Positions 33,283-33,433 of a stretch of 33,433 nucleotides of DNA are shown here, one piece after another. The notes beneath the pieces were generated by a model. It worked only from the letters and a program-made list of their open reading frames with translations. It was not told the DNA's origin and did not search any database. Source of the DNA: an uncultured Oscillospiraceae bacterium (lineage in GTDB: Bacteria; Bacillota; Clostridia; Oscillospirales; Oscillospiraceae); contig CAZGAM010000001.1 of the NCBI GenBank assembly GCA_964523685.1, positions 5,774 to 39,206 of the forward strand, in the 5' to 3' direction. The translations under genes were made by a program, and so were the position numbers. How positions within the stretch are numbered: the stretch's first letter is position 1; each line of letters opens with the position of its first letter.

Positions 33283-33433
33283 ATGCAAACAGGGAAAGCA
33301 TGTAAAGCTGTTCAGGATTTGATGGACGATGCCCGTAAAGAGGAGAAACGCCGTGCCGATCAGGCAACCCAGCGTGCCGATCAGGCTGAGAAAAATATGC
33401 GTGAGTCAGCAAGGAAATTGTTGAATATGGGCT
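33283..33433 (+). CDS. Free-standing paralog of the Rpn C-terminal tail (runs off the right window edge)
   Basis: ATG 33283 has AAGAGG 8 nt upstream. The product is MQTGKA, then CKAVQDLMDDARKEEKRRADQATQRADQAEKNMRESARKLLNMG... It carries two heptads instead of three. Confidence 0.5.
   Translation, partial: MQTGKACKAVQDLMDDARKEEKRRADQATQRADQAEKNMRESARKLLNMG
33301..33433 (+). repeat. Direct duplication of 32936-33089
   Basis: The two copies are nucleotide-identical apart from one C/T difference (CGTGCT versus CGTGCC) and a 21-nt in-frame indel that removes one heptad unit. The duplication starts exactly at the TGT (Cys) codon. Confidence 0.95.

Overview
This is a 33.4-kb chromosomal segment that looks like a strictly anaerobic Firmicutes/Clostridia genome. 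The signs are AGGAGG-type Shine-Dalgarno (SD) sites, TTGACA-17-TATAAT promoters, a class III RNR, glycine cleavage genes and YkfB/YkfC-type muropeptide genes. From left to right it holds: the 5' part of a MATE efflux gene (-); ridA (-); a PhoP/PhoR-like two-component pair plus a Na/Pi-cotransporter/PhoU-domain protein (+). A long minus-strand run follows: ohrR-flavodoxin, glutathione peroxidase, a decayed ADP-ribosylglycohydrolase remnant, a cytoplasmic vWA protein, a macro-domain/HTH fusion and birA. Next on the same strand is an eight-gene muropeptide uptake/catabolism operon (L-Ala-D/L-Glu epimerase, family-5 SBP, 2 permeases, 2 ATPases, a class-A-beta-lactamase-fold hydrolase, and an SH3b-NlpC/P60 YkfC-like peptidase). 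The run ends with trxB, nrdD (carrying a C-terminal thioredoxin-fold extension) and nrdG. After that come divergent gcvT-gcvH-gcvPA-gcvPB (+) and a small acidic protein with 13-residue Dx[DN]xxG repeats (-). At the right edge, an AT-rich patch carries an Rpn-family PD-(D/E)XK nuclease whose C-terminal tail recurs as a separate SD-equipped ORF. I recognised no rRNA, tRNA, CRISPR array or IS element. The most interesting items are: (1) the Rpn locus, with an in-frame internal start plus a free-standing near-identical tail copy that resembles a toxin/intragenic-antitoxin system with an extra trans copy; (2) the NrdD-thioredoxin fusion next to trxB; (3) the macro / vWA / ADP-ribosylglycohydrolase-remnant cluster beside oxidative-stress genes; (4) three 650-750-nt stretches with no credible ORF, one containing a GEMM-I-like core. 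All calls come from reading the sequence and ORF translations by eye. No searches were run.
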